Origin: an uncultured bacterium
Lineage (GTDB): Bacteria; Patescibacteriota; Andersenbacteria; UBA10190; CAIZMI01
Assembly: GCA_903934015.1 (NCBI GenBank)
Contig: CAIZMI010000021.1
Location: 10,868-74,867 of the forward strand
Direction of reading: 5' to 3'
DNA length: 64,000 bases
Shown: in pieces, positions 1 to 9,517 of the stretch
Layout of the letters: every line of letters starts with the position of its first letter
Numbering within the stretch: position 1 is the stretch's first letter
The notes under the pieces: generated by a model
Told to the model about the DNA's origin: nothing
What the model saw: only the letters and a program-made list of their open reading frames with translations
Databases searched by the model: none
Made by a program: the position numbers and the translations under genes

Positions 1-1
1 C

Positions 2-262
2 GGGCGAAAGCTTCGGGATGATCTCGACTTCGCCAAAAAGGTCCACGTCGTCGGGCTGAAGAAGAAGGCGGAGAAATTCCGCAAACTTCTGTTTGATACC
101 GCGTTTGAGGCGGTCGAGCGGTTGGAAAAGATGGTCGAGCTCCTTCCGAAAGTCACGCCGAAAAAAAAGGTGTCGGGGAGGCCTACTTTGTGGGGCGCCA
201 CAAGCTCTAACTCGAGCCCATGTTACGAGGTTGTTTCGGGGGAGGGGGGACGCCAACTCTAG
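2..262 (+). CDS. 3' end of a hypothetical protein (truncated by window start)
   Basis: Frame 2 is open from base 2 (GRKLRDDLDFAKKVHVVGLKKKAEKFRKLLFDTAFEAVERLEKMVELL...) to TAG at 260-262 and is followed by a terminator-like hairpin. Confidence 0.4.
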   Translation, partial: GRKLRDDLDFAKKVHVVGLKKKAEKFRKLLFDTAFEAVERLEKMVELLPKVTPKKKVSGRPTLWGATSSNSSPCYEVVSGEGGRQL

Positions 263-286
263 TCGGAGATCGTCGAGTTCTTTCCA

Positions 287-320
287 ACGGGTGAACATCA
301 TGTTCACCCGTATTTTTTTT
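287..320 (+). terminator. Intrinsic terminator-like hairpin
   Basis: acgggtgaacat-c-atgttcacccgt followed by a T tract. Confidence 0.6.
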
Positions 321-351
321 GTTTATTATCGAAATATTGGAAATTATTTGC

Positions 352-383
352 CCGCCACGACGGCGGATCCGCCGAGGTGGCGG
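352..383. repeat. Short GC-rich palindrome (ccgccac..cggcggatccgccg..gtggcgg)
   Basis: Nested inverted repeat in AT-rich intergenic DNA. Confidence 0.55.
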
Positions 384-466
384 AAAATTTTGGGCGTAGA
401 TAAATATTGCAAAAGTCTCTGATTTTAGATACAATGAATAAGTAAAATCTCACTTATTAGACACTT

Positions 467-1105
467 ATGCATCTTAGTTGGCTAGGACTATCCAGTTTTA
501 AAATGGAAACTAAAGACGCGGTTTTGGTGATGGACCCTTATGGTCCGAAGGTGTCCGAAAAGCCCTTACGTGCAAAGGCGGATATTGTCACTATCAGTCA
601 ATTTGGCGATCCTGTTCATGGACACATTGACGCTATTCAGGGCGAACCATTTGTAATTGATCACGCGGGTGAGTTTGAAATTAAAGGTATTTATATTCAG
701 GGCGCGGAAGTGCCAATGAAAGATGCAAAAAAATCATCGACTGTTTTTTGGTTTGATGTTGAGGGAATGCGTGTGGCTCACCTTGGCAACCTTGAAACTA
801 TTCCTTCCACGGAAGTGATGGAAAAAATGGACGGTTTGGAAGTGGATATTTTGATGCTTCCTGTTGGTGGAAATGGGTTGGAACTTAAGCAGGCGATGAA
901 GCTGGTTAACGATATCGAACCACGAATTGTTATTCCAATGCATTACGCACAAGAAGGGGTGAATGTTGGAACAAAGTTAAATTCGGTATCAGCGTTTTTG
1001 AAAGAAATGGGAGCGTCGAATGTAAAACCAGTAGATAGAATGTTGTTCAAGAAGAAAGATTTGCCGAGTGCGGAAGACACACAGGTAATTTTATTTTCTG
1101 CGTAG
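467..1105 (+). CDS. MBL-fold metallo-hydrolase (beta-lactamase superfamily)
   Basis: N-terminal WLGLSSFK and VMDPY, RVAHLGNL, DILMLPVGG and IVIPMHY motifs of the short MBL-fold family; the HxHxDH motif is degenerate (SQFGDPVHGH). Confidence 0.8.
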   Translation: MHLSWLGLSSFKMETKDAVLVMDPYGPKVSEKPLRAKADIVTISQFGDPVHGHIDAIQGEPFVIDHAGEFEIKGIYIQGAEVPMKDAKKSSTVFWFDVEGMRVAHLGNLETIPSTEVMEKMDGLEVDILMLPVGGNGLELKQAMKLVNDIEPRIVIPMHYAQEGVNVGTKLNSVSAFLKEMGASNVKPVDRMLFKKKDLPSAEDTQVILFSA

Positions 1106-1163
1106 TTTGGTTGAGTCGTTTAAGTGTTTAGAAGTAAGGTTAATACTAGCGAATCCAAAAATT

Positions 1164-1568
1164 ATGTTTAATTATTTGTCCGAAATAAAAAAGAGAGACG
1201 AAGCGTCCAAACAGCGTTTTGTTGTGATTGGTACGGCTATCAGTTTTGTCGCCATTATTGGTGTTTGGGTGCCGATTCGCATCGCGCAATGGAAGACACA
1301 CGGCGATGCGGTGGTGGCAAAAACGGAGAATGTCGCACCTGTTGTTACATCTATTCCAACCGTGGCAGGCGATGAAGCAGTACGTGTCTTATTGGGTGGT
1401 TCAACAGAAAAAACAACTGCAACTCCCGTTGTGTCATCGAAACCGCTATTTGCGAATCCTGTGGTGACCGCAACGCCGGTAGTTTCTGGGCAATTTGTTC
1501 CTGAAAATTCAATTTCTGAAGTAGCACCGGAAGCAACACCAACGTCAACCGATTTCCCGACTTTATGA
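1164..1568 (+). CDS. Hypothetical single-pass membrane protein with Pro/Thr-rich tail
   Basis: ATG at 1164; hydrophobic segment FVVIGTAISFVAIIGVWV followed by TATPVVS-type low-complexity sequence. Confidence 0.6.
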   Translation: MFNYLSEIKKRDEASKQRFVVIGTAISFVAIIGVWVPIRIAQWKTHGDAVVAKTENVAPVVTSIPTVAGDEAVRVLLGGSTEKTTATPVVSSKPLFANPVVTATPVVSGQFVPENSISEVAPEATPTSTDFPTL

Positions 1569-1596
1569 TTTTCTAGTATAAATTAGCAACACCCCC

Positions 1597-4059
1597 ATGC
1601 CTGAAACAATCACCCCACGTGAAATAAGCGAAGAAATGCAACAATCCTATTTGGATTATGCCATGAGCGTGATTGTTTCTCGTGCTTTGCCTGATGTGCG
1701 CGACGGCTTTAAACCCGTGCATCGCAAGATTTTGTATGCCATGAATGAGATGGGGCTAAGGGCCAATTCGCGTTTTAGAAAGTCTGCCACAGTGGTCGGT
1801 GAAGTGCTTGGTAAGTATCATCCGCACGGCGATATCGCGGTATATGACACGATGGCTCGTATGACGCAGGAATGGTCGATGCGTTATCAGTTAATTAATG
1901 GACAGGGAAACTTTGGTTCTATCGACGGTGATTCGCCCGCGGCCATGCGTTACACGGAAGCTAAACTTGCCAAAATTTCGGAAGAAATGTTGCGCGATAT
2001 TGATAAAGAAACCGTTTTGTTTGTCGACAACTATGATAGTACGCGCAAAGAACCGTCGGTAATGCCGGCGGCGTTTCCGAACTTGTTGGTAAATGGCACG
2101 GTGGGTATCGCGGTCGGTATGGCCACGAATATTCCTCCGCATAATTTGTCGGAAGTAATTGATGCTATTATCCATCTTTCCGAAAATCCGGATGCCAACG
2201 TGGAAGACTTGCTTCAGTTTGTAAAAGGTCCCGATTTTCCGACCGGAGGATTTATTTTTAATAAACAGGATATCGCGCACGCTTATGCTACGGGGAAGGG
2301 TGGCATGGTTACGCGCGCTAAGGCTGAAATTGAGGAAGTAAAAGAAGGTGAGTTTAAAATTATCGTTACGGAAATTCCTTATCAGGTGAACAAGTCCACC
2401 TTGTTAGAAGAAATTGCCAATGGAGTAAAAGAAAAGCGTTTGGACGGAATTCGTGATTTGCGCGATGAGTCGGATAAAGATGGTATTCGTGTTGTAATTG
2501 AATTGAAGCGTGATTCGTATCCGAAAAAGGTTTTGAACCAGCTTTTTGTGCATACACAACTGCAAAAATCGTTCCATTTGAATATGTTGGCGTTGGTGGA
2601 CGGGATTCAGCCGAAAGTTTTGACATTGAAAGGCGTTTTGGAATGTTTCTTGGATCACCGTAAGGTAGTTATTCGTAAGCGCACAGAATATGAATTACGT
2701 AAAGCCAAGGAACGTGCGCACATTTTAGAAGGATTAACGAAGGCGCTTGATCATATTAATGAAGTAATCGAAACGATTAAGAAATCGGCCACTAAAGAAA
2801 TCGCGCATGTAAACCTAGTTAAGAAATTCCGCTTATCGGAATTACAAGCCGCGGCTATTTTGGAAATGCGTTTGTCTACGCTTGCCGGTCTTGAGCGCAA
2901 AAAAATTGAAGATGAATTGGAAGAGAAGCGAAAACTCATTGCCAGTTTGGAAGATTTGCTTAAGTCGCCAAAGAAAATTTTGGGTGTGGTTATTTCTGAA
3001 CTTTTAGAAATCAAAAAGAATTTTGGCGACGAACGACGCACTAAGGTAGTGGCCGGGCCGGTTGGTGAATTTTCGACTGAAGATTTGGTGCCTGATGAAG
3101 ATACTGTGCTGACAGTTACTGCCGGTGGTTATGTGAAGCGTTTACCAATTGATACTTATCGTGTGCAGGGTAGGGGCGGTAAGGGAGTGATTGGAATGAC
3201 TACCAAAGAAGAAGATTCGGTGGAGCAAATTATTGTTACTCGCACGCATTCGGATGCGTTATTCTTCACCAATACCGGAAAAGTTTTTGCCAGCAAAGTG
3301 CATGAATTGCCACCATCCTCACGAACGGCTAAAGGACAAGCGTTACAAAATTTCTTGTCTTTGAAATCAGAAGAAAAAGTTACGGCGGTACTCGCGCTTC
3401 CCAAAGACACAAAAGCAAAGTTTCTTGTGATGGTCACCGCTTCGGGAACAATTAAGAAAGTGGCAATTGAAGAATTTGAGCATGTGCGCCGTAGTGGTCT
3501 TATTGCGATTCGTTTGGAGCCTACTGATCATTTGGATTGGGTGTCGCCAAGTAATGGTAAGGATGAAATTATGGTTGTTACCGCAAAGGGTAAGGGGATT
3601 CGTTTTAAGGAAACGGACGTGCGTCCCATGGGTCGGCCGGCATCCGGTGTGCGTGGGATCAAAATGAGTAAAGAGGACGCTGTGATTGGCATGACGGTAA
3701 TTCCTCAGGAATTAAAAGCAAAAGACGCGCACGTGTTGGTTTTGATGGAGCATGGTTATGGAAAGCGTGCCGGTCTTTCGGCATTTAAGGTGCAACATCG
3801 TGGCGGTTCGGGAATCAAAACAGCCAATGTGACACCAAAAACCGGTAAAGTTGTTGGGATGAAACTGATTCCGGCTTCTGAAAAAGAAGCATCCGTGATT
3901 GTCACATCTGCCAAGGGACAAGTGATTCGCGTGCCGATTGCGTCGGTGCCTATCTTGGGTCGCGCCACGCAAGGTGTTCGTATTATGCGCCTCGAGGGTG
4001 ATGAAAAAGTGGCGACGTTTACGACGTTTGTAACAGTGGAACGACTGACGACGGAGTAG
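1597..4059 (+). CDS. gyrA: DNA gyrase subunit A
   Basis: SYLDYAMSVIVSRALPDVRDG, YHPHGD, AAMRYTE (catalytic Tyr) and an intact GyrA-box QGRGGKG. Confidence 0.98.
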   Translation: MPETITPREISEEMQQSYLDYAMSVIVSRALPDVRDGFKPVHRKILYAMNEMGLRANSRFRKSATVVGEVLGKYHPHGDIAVYDTMARMTQEWSMRYQLINGQGNFGSIDGDSPAAMRYTEAKLAKISEEMLRDIDKETVLFVDNYDSTRKEPSVMPAAFPNLLVNGTVGIAVGMATNIPPHNLSEVIDAIIHLSENPDANVEDLLQFVKGPDFPTGGFIFNKQDIAHAYATGKGGMVTRAKAEIEEVKEGEFKIIVTEIPYQVNKSTLLEEIANGVKEKRLDGIRDLRDESDKDGIRVVIELKRDSYPKKVLNQLFVHTQLQKSFHLNMLALVDGIQPKVLTLKGVLECFLDHRKVVIRKRTEYELRKAKERAHILEGLTKALDHINEVIETIKKSATKEIAHVNLVKKFRLSELQAAAILEMRLSTLAGLERKKIEDELEEKRKLIASLEDLLKSPKKILGVVISELLEIKKNFGDERRTKVVAGPVGEFSTEDLVPDEDTVLTVTAGGYVKRLPIDTYRVQGRGGKGVIGMTTKEEDSVEQIIVTRTHSDALFFTNTGKVFASKVHELPPSSRTAKGQALQNFLSLKSEEKVTAVLALPKDTKAKFLVMVTASGTIKKVAIEEFEHVRRSGLIAIRLEPTDHLDWVSPSNGKDEIMVVTAKGKGIRFKETDVRPMGRPASGVRGIKMSKEDAVIGMTVIPQELKAKDAHVLVLMEHGYGKRAGLSAFKVQHRGGSGIKTANVTPKTGKVVGMKLIPASEKEASVIVTSAKGQVIRVPIASVPILGRATQGVRIMRLEGDEKVATFTTFVTVERLTTE

Positions 4060-4088
4060 GGATACGTTCAGACTTCTATGGTTGTGCC

Positions 4089-4243
4089 ATTCCCGTTGTC
4101 ACGGGAATGGTGGGTTAGTGTTTTTAAAGCGAACGAAGTGATAGTGTTTGTTGTTCGTTATAAATATCAATTCTTAAAACCACCACCCCCGAGACATCGG
4201 GGGTCTACGACGTATCGCCGTGGATTCCCGTTGTCACGGGAAT
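4089..4243. repeat. Pair of ATTCCC-N8-GGGAAT palindromes (dRS3-like) plus ccaccacccccga..tcgggggt hairpin
   Basis: attcccgttgtcacgggaat at 4089-4108 and 4224-4243; related copies at 15560-15579 and 25576-25595. Confidence 0.8.
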
Positions 4244-4342
4244 GGTGGGTTATGTGGAGTAAAAGCAAAATTAACATCTTTCTATCAACAAACATTCGAA
4301 AGTGTTATAGTTATTACAGATAACAAACAGTCAACAAACTCC

Positions 4343-4906
4343 ATGCCAATAAATTCAATTCGTACCGGAAATTTTATTCGCCCTGACGCGGTATTGCGTG
4401 ATGTTGGTATTAAAGAGGGAATGAAAGTTGTGCATTTGGGTTGTGGTCCGGGGTTTTATGTTATTCCGGCGGCAAAATTTGTCGGTCCATCGGGTAGGGC
4501 AGTGGGTATTGATATTCGCGAACAATCGTTGCAAACATTGCGTCATAAAGCAAAAATGGAAGGATTGGATAATGTTGATGTTATCCGGGGTGACCTAGAA
4601 AAAGAGGGTGGTTCGCATTTGCCTAATGCTTGGGCGGATTTGGTAATAATGGTGAATATCTTGCATCAAAGCGATCCGCGCAAAGTAATGGCGGAGGCAG
4701 TACGCATTCTTCGTCCTGAAGTAGGCCGTCTTTTAACGATAGAATGGGAAGTAACAAATGTTCCCATGGGCCCCCCGGTGGATGATCGTATTACACCTGA
4801 TACAATTCTAGCGGCGGCTAAAAGTAATAACCTTGTCGTGTTGCGTCGTTTTAAGCCAAGTTCTTATCATTTTTCTTTTCTTTTTGCTCGCGCGATTGCG
4901 GGATGA
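4343..4906 (+). CDS. Class I SAM-dependent methyltransferase
   Basis: VVHLGCGPG motif I, GIDIR, ADLVIMVNILH, RILRPEVGRL; ATG at 4343 preferred over the upstream GTG, which lies inside a repeat. Confidence 0.85.
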   Translation: MPINSIRTGNFIRPDAVLRDVGIKEGMKVVHLGCGPGFYVIPAAKFVGPSGRAVGIDIREQSLQTLRHKAKMEGLDNVDVIRGDLEKEGGSHLPNAWADLVIMVNILHQSDPRKVMAEAVRILRPEVGRLLTIEWEVTNVPMGPPVDDRITPDTILAAAKSNNLVVLRRFKPSSYHFSFLFARAIAG

Positions 4907-6288
4907 AAACTATGTTTACGAAATTTCTAAAAAATATAAAAAAAGAGGCGGTAATTAGGGTACGACCTCTTAGAGGTCGGACCCTAAGCGGTTCATTTGC
5001 TAAGCTCGGTCTATTACTTGGCGTCGTCGCTCTCTTTGGTGCCGGTTGCGGAAAAACAAACGCCCCTCCTGCTTCCAAAACACCGATTTCTATTTGGGGT
5101 ATCTTTGATGACGCCGAGGGAATGGATCCGTTTCTTAAAACATTTTCCAACACTGAACTTCCTGGAGCAAAGGTAAGTTATCGCAAACAAAGTCCTGTGG
5201 ATCAATATGAAAATCAGTTACTAAGTGCTATCGCGGAAAATCGGGGGCCGGATGTTTTTCTTATTCATAGTTCTTGGTTACCGCGCTGGAAGAATCGTAT
5301 TTTACCGGCACCGGTGGCTATTATGAATGAGAAGCAAGTTAATGAGCAATATGTTGATTTGGTTTCCAAAGATGTTATTGCAAGTGGTCGTGTGATGGCA
5401 CTTCCGCTTTTTATGGATACATTGGCGCTTTATTACAACAAAGATATTTTTAATGCTTCGGGTGTTACTCGCGCCCCAAAAACGTGGGCGGAAGTAATGG
5501 AAATAGTGAAGCGTACGACAAAAAGTAATATGACGGAAACGAATCAAATCGATCAAAGCGGTATCGCGATGGGAACAGGGCAAAATGTAAATCGCGCTTC
5601 TGATTTATTGTCGATTTTAATGATGCAAAATGGCGTAGCGATGTTGGATGGTGATGGTAATCCCGGTTTTGGCGATAGTGCCGATGCGGTGAGGGCATTG
5701 CAGTTCTATACCGATTTTGCCAATCCCACCAAAGATGTTTACGCGTGGAATACGCGTAGCGACTATTCCATTGACGCGTTTGCGACTAATAAATCAGCAA
5801 TGATGATTAATTATTCTTATCACATGGCTACAATCAAGGCGAAAAATCCGCGTCTCAATTTTGCCATTGCGCCGTTGCCACAGGTGGAAAATTGTCCAAC
5901 TTGTAAGCCGGTAACTTATGGCGGTTATTGGTTGTTGGCTGTTTCCAAACAAACAATCAGTCCTGATACGGCTTGGCGCTTTGTGAAGTTTATGAGTAAT
6001 ACGGCTGCGAATCGTGATTATCTTCAAAAAACCGGTTATCCACCGGCCAGAAAAGATTTGATACAAGAATTGCAAAACGATCCGAGGATCGGTGTTTATA
6101 CTGTGCAAGCCTTAAACGCCGAATCATGGAAGCAAGTTGATAGTCGCTTGGTTGATCGTTTATTCTCGGAGGCAATTGATGAAGTTGTAACAGGAAAGGA
6201 CACTGCGGATGGGGCGTTAAGAAGGGCTTCTCAGCAGTTAAAGGCGGCAACAGAAACAATGAAAGCGCAGGGGAATACGACTAATTAA
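4903..6288 (+). CDS. Extracellular solute-binding lipoprotein (sugar ABC SBP family 1-like)
   Basis: Lipobox-like LFGAGC, GPDVF, ALPLFMDTLALYYNKDIF, PKTWAE, FAIAPLPQ, AWRFVKFM. Confidence 0.88.
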   Translation: MKTMFTKFLKNIKKEAVIRVRPLRGRTLSGSFAKLGLLLGVVALFGAGCGKTNAPPASKTPISIWGIFDDAEGMDPFLKTFSNTELPGAKVSYRKQSPVDQYENQLLSAIAENRGPDVFLIHSSWLPRWKNRILPAPVAIMNEKQVNEQYVDLVSKDVIASGRVMALPLFMDTLALYYNKDIFNASGVTRAPKTWAEVMEIVKRTTKSNMTETNQIDQSGIAMGTGQNVNRASDLLSILMMQNGVAMLDGDGNPGFGDSADAVRALQFYTDFANPTKDVYAWNTRSDYSIDAFATNKSAMMINYSYHMATIKAKNPRLNFAIAPLPQVENCPTCKPVTYGGYWLLAVSKQTISPDTAWRFVKFMSNTAANRDYLQKTGYPPARKDLIQELQNDPRIGVYTVQALNAESWKQVDSRLVDRLFSEAIDEVVTGKDTADGALRRASQQLKAATETMKAQGNTTN

Positions 6289-6300
6289 ATTTATGAAATT

Positions 6301-7185
6301 ATGAAAATCTTTACAAAAACTTGTTTAACTGGCGTGTTGTTGTTATTCCCGGCGTTAGTGTGGGGCGCGCAGACAATGGTGCCGTATCCCGCAAGAAGTT
6401 TTAATATAGATTATGGCGGAGGATATACAGCGAATGTTACGATCAGCGGAAACATTAATTCGGCGAATATTAATTCAACGGTTTATAGTCAAACTGGTGG
6501 ATTTAATTTTAACGGTTTTTCTGCCGACACAACGGTATCAATTAAAGCAACGGGGTCCCCCTCATATTCTGGAGCAACAACTGCATATATAGCAGAGGGA
6601 ACTGGCACAAATAAAATGATCACGGAGAGAGTAGCGACGGATAAAAGTATTTTAAACACCACAGTTGGGGAAATTAGACAATTATCTAATCCACGGTTAA
6701 CCGTAAGACAGGCAACAGGAGAAACAAAAACAACTGGAATTGTTTCAGGGACAGAGTCATCTCGCCCTGCTTTTTTAGATCAACAGCCTGATCCGCCGTC
6801 GTCGAGTTACGGACAGCCTGGCGATAATAGTCAGTCCGCAAAAAGTCCTTCAGATACAGCGGGTGCCGGAGGGTCGGGTTCAGGCTCAAAACTCGTTCCA
6901 TGTGACGGCGCAGATTGTACGCTTGCTATGTTAAAACAAATGGGCGCGAATATTTATAATTATCTGGCCGGTTTTGGGGCGATTTTGGCGGTAGGAGCGA
7001 TTGTATTGGCCGGTTTTTCATACATCAAATCCGGTGGGGACCCATCTGCGATGAAAGAAGCAAAACAGAAGATTGTTTATGCAATAACAGGCTTGATAAT
7101 TTTGGGCGCCTCAGTATTAATTGTAAACACGGTCCTGAAAGTGTTTGAACCGAAAACATTTCAAAAAGTGGAAGATGTTAAATAA
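6301..7185 (+). CDS. Pilin-like (TrbC/VirB2-type) protein with long N-terminal extracellular extension
   Basis: Signal peptide; C-terminal LVPCDGADC followed by AGFSYIKSGGDP..KEAKQKIVYAITGLIIL hydrophobic hairpin. Confidence 0.75.
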   Translation: MKIFTKTCLTGVLLLFPALVWGAQTMVPYPARSFNIDYGGGYTANVTISGNINSANINSTVYSQTGGFNFNGFSADTTVSIKATGSPSYSGATTAYIAEGTGTNKMITERVATDKSILNTTVGEIRQLSNPRLTVRQATGETKTTGIVSGTESSRPAFLDQQPDPPSSSYGQPGDNSQSAKSPSDTAGAGGSGSGSKLVPCDGADCTLAMLKQMGANIYNYLAGFGAILAVGAIVLAGFSYIKSGGDPSAMKEAKQKIVYAITGLIILGASVLIVNTVLKVFEPKTFQKVEDVK

Positions 7186-7220
7186 AAATAGTGATGCAAC
7201 GTCTTTTGCCAAATTTATTT

Positions 7221-7340
7221 AAACCCCTCTTAATCTCCCCTTATCGAAGGGGAGAAAACGCGACGATCTCCTCCCTTTATTCAAAGGATGCACATACATC
7301 GGCGGTGTTGACCTGAAGGTCTAAAGGCGGGGAGGGATTT
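7221..7340. repeat. REP-like palindrome doublet (ctcccc..ggggag family) with internal insertion
   Basis: aaacccctcttaatctccccttatcgaaggggaga ... ctccctttattcaaagg[insert]gcggggagggattt; same family as the repeats flanking the DUF559 gene. Confidence 0.65.
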
Positions 7341-7399
7341 CGTGAAAGATTGTTGCAAAATTGACCGCATTACTTAAACAAAATATAATTCACTTAAAG

Positions 7400-7780
7400 A
7401 TGATAACAAAAAACAAAATCGTTCTCGGGGTGCAAATGCTGATGTTGTCGGGGTTGGGTTTCGCGCAACTGGCTTTCGCGCAAGGAAGTGGCGGTATTCA
7501 AAATCCGATAAATGTTAATAGTTTGGAGGATCTTATTGCCAAAATTGTTAAGTACGCTCTTGGTCTTACAGCGGTATTGGCGGTTGCCTATATCGTTTAT
7601 GGTGGTTTTCTTTACATTTCTTCCGCGGGTGATGAGTCTCAACTAAAAGCCGGCAAGCAAGCAATTATCGGCGCGGTGATAGGGATTATCGTTATCGGTT
7701 TAGCATATGCGTTAGTGGAATTTGTTGTTAACGCCATGGGTGGTGGGGGTGGAGCTAATGGTGGAAATCTAAGAGGATGA
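7400..7780 (+). CDS. TrbC/VirB2-like pilin
   Basis: Signal peptide ending AFAQ; YGGFLYISSAGDESQLKAGKQAIIGAVIGIIVIG core. Confidence 0.85.
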   Translation: MITKNKIVLGVQMLMLSGLGFAQLAFAQGSGGIQNPINVNSLEDLIAKIVKYALGLTAVLAVAYIVYGGFLYISSAGDESQLKAGKQAIIGAVIGIIVIGLAYALVEFVVNAMGGGGGANGGNLRG

Positions 7781-8163
7781 AAAATAACATTAACAAATTG
7801 TGTATAGTAATTTTGGCTGTATTTTTTCCAGTGTTTGTATTTGCCGCAGATCTTGGTCTTGATAAAGCGGAAGGAATCGGTCTACAAGGCGGACTTGAAG
7901 AGATGATCGCAAATATTGTTAAAACAGCCTTAGGGCTCGTTGGTGCCTTAGCATTAGCGTTTATTGTTTATGGCGGATTTTTGTATGTCACGGCAGCCGG
8001 GGATGAATCGCAAATTAAAAAAGGTAAAACTGTGATTATTTACGCGATTATTGGAATTATCGTTATTGGTGTGTCTTATGCTTTGGTGTCATTTGTTGTT
8101 GGAGCCTTTAGTGGTGGAGGAAGTGGTGGTGGGGGAGCTAATGGTGGAAATCTAAGAGGATGA
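7777..8163 (+). CDS. TrbC/VirB2-like pilin
   Basis: YGGFLYVTAAGDESQIKKGKTVIIYAIIGIIVIG core; ATGA overlap with the upstream pilin. Confidence 0.85.
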   Translation: MKNNINKLCIVILAVFFPVFVFAADLGLDKAEGIGLQGGLEEMIANIVKTALGLVGALALAFIVYGGFLYVTAAGDESQIKKGKTVIIYAIIGIIVIGVSYALVSFVVGAFSGGGSGGGGANGGNLRG

Positions 8164-8495
8164 AAAATATTGTAAAATTTGTGTCATTGATGAGCTCTTC
8201 TTTGTTCGCCTTATCCGCACAAGCACAACTCTCCAAACCTAAAAATCCCGGGTTACCTGATACACCTTTGCCTGCAATGATAATGCAGTTAGTAAATTAT
8301 GCGCTAGGTCTAGTCGGTGTTTTGGCTCTTGGTTTTATCGTCTACGGCGGTTTTCTCTACATCACCGCTCACGGTGATGATAAACAGGTTACTTCGGCAA
8401 AAGGGATAATAATTAACGCCGTAATTGGGATCGTCGTAATTGGTTTGGCGGCCGCGCTGGTCAATTTTATTGTGAAAGGGATGACCGGCGGATAA
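8160..8495 (+). CDS. TrbC/VirB2-like pilin
   Basis: YGGFLYITAHGDDKQVTSAKGIIINAVIGIVVIG core. Confidence 0.85.
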   Translation: MKNIVKFVSLMSSSLFALSAQAQLSKPKNPGLPDTPLPAMIMQLVNYALGLVGVLALGFIVYGGFLYITAHGDDKQVTSAKGIIINAVIGIVVIGLAAALVNFIVKGMTGG

Positions 8496-8554
8496 AAAAG
8501 CTTATCTTTGTCAAAAAAAATAATTTACGTTATAATAATCTCAATAAAACACAT

Positions 8555-8905
8555 ATGAAAAAACTCAACATATTTAAGAAGGCATCAATTACGGCTCTTG
8601 GTCTGCTTTTGCCGATGTTTGCGTTCGCGCAAATGGGGATACAAGAAATTCAAAATTACCAAGGTTCAAACCAACGTGATCTTCCAACTGCCATTATGAC
8701 AATTGTTAATTATGCTTTAATTATTGTGGGTGTTTTGGCTCTCGCTTTTATCGTCTACGGAGGTTTTCTGTATATTACTGCTCATGGCGATGATAAGCAG
8801 GTTTCATCGGCGAAAGATATCATTATTAATGCCGTGATTGGTATTGTCGTTATAGGCATCGCGGCCGCTTTGGTAAACTTTGTAGTTGGCGCGGTGTCGC
8901 AGTAG
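8555..8905 (+). CDS. TrbC/VirB2-like pilin
   Basis: YGGFLYITAHGDDKQVSSAKDIIINAVIGIVVIG core. Confidence 0.85.
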   Translation: MKKLNIFKKASITALGLLLPMFAFAQMGIQEIQNYQGSNQRDLPTAIMTIVNYALIIVGVLALAFIVYGGFLYITAHGDDKQVSSAKDIIINAVIGIVVIGIAAALVNFVVGAVSQ

Positions 8906-8945
8906 ACAAAATTTATTTATTTTATTGGGAGGAGGTGAGTACGAC

Positions 8946-9302
8946 GTGAAAAATCGATTTCAAACAATTATCGTAGGTTTATCTATGCTCTTACCGGGTG
9001 TGGCAATGGCCCAGCTAACAGGCGCACCAGTTCCGCCAGGGACAGCGCGAGGGGATTTGGCATCCGTCATTTTGAACATTATTAATTATGTTCTCGCGAT
9101 TGTGGGTGTCGTCGCGCTCGCGTACCTCATTTACGGCGGGTTTCGTTATATCACATCCGGTGGTAATGATACGGTTATTGAAGAGGCGAAGAATGTTATT
9201 ATCAACGCGGTTATTGGTATCGTCATCATTGGTGTGGCGGCGGCCTTGGTCAATTTCGTGGTTCGCGCGGTGGGTGGCGGAGTGCCAGCCGGCGCAATTT
9301 AA
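8946..9302 (+). CDS. TrbC/VirB2-like pilin
   Basis: GTG at 8946 after the SD sequence ggaggagg; YGGFRYITSGGNDTVIEEAKNVIINAVIG core. Confidence 0.85.
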   Translation: MKNRFQTIIVGLSMLLPGVAMAQLTGAPVPPGTARGDLASVILNIINYVLAIVGVVALAYLIYGGFRYITSGGNDTVIEEAKNVIINAVIGIVIIGVAAALVNFVVRAVGGGVPAGAI

Positions 9303-9337
9303 GCAAAAATTCTGGAGGAAATGCAAACACAAAAAGT

Positions 9338-9367
9338 AAAAACACGCCCATAACGGGCGTGTTTTTT
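9338..9367 (+). terminator. Intrinsic terminator after the pilin operon
   Basis: aaaaacacgccc-ataac-gggcgtgtttttt. Confidence 0.75.
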
Positions 9368-9390
9368 AGTAGTCGTCATTTTTTTGTGAT

Positions 9391-9502
9391 AAACCCACCC
9401 CCGCCCTCCCTTACAAAGGGAGGGAATGCTTTAAGGAGAACGTATGCTTCAAGAACCGTTTCCTCCCCTTTGTAAGGGGAGGAACAAGGTGGGGTTTAGA
9501 TA
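9391..9502. repeat. REP-like doublet, left flank of the DUF559 gene
   Basis: Hairpins ccctcccttacaaagggaggg and tcctcccctttgtaaggggagga; 42 bp at 9461-9502 are identical to 9967-10008. Confidence 0.85.
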
Positions 9503-9517
9503 GTGTAAAATGCATAG

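Noticed and set aside
4078-4342. ORF 4078-4323 and the N-terminal extension of the methyltransferase
   Set aside because: Both derive from the ATTCCC-N8-GGGAAT repeats (duplicated FPLSREWWV).
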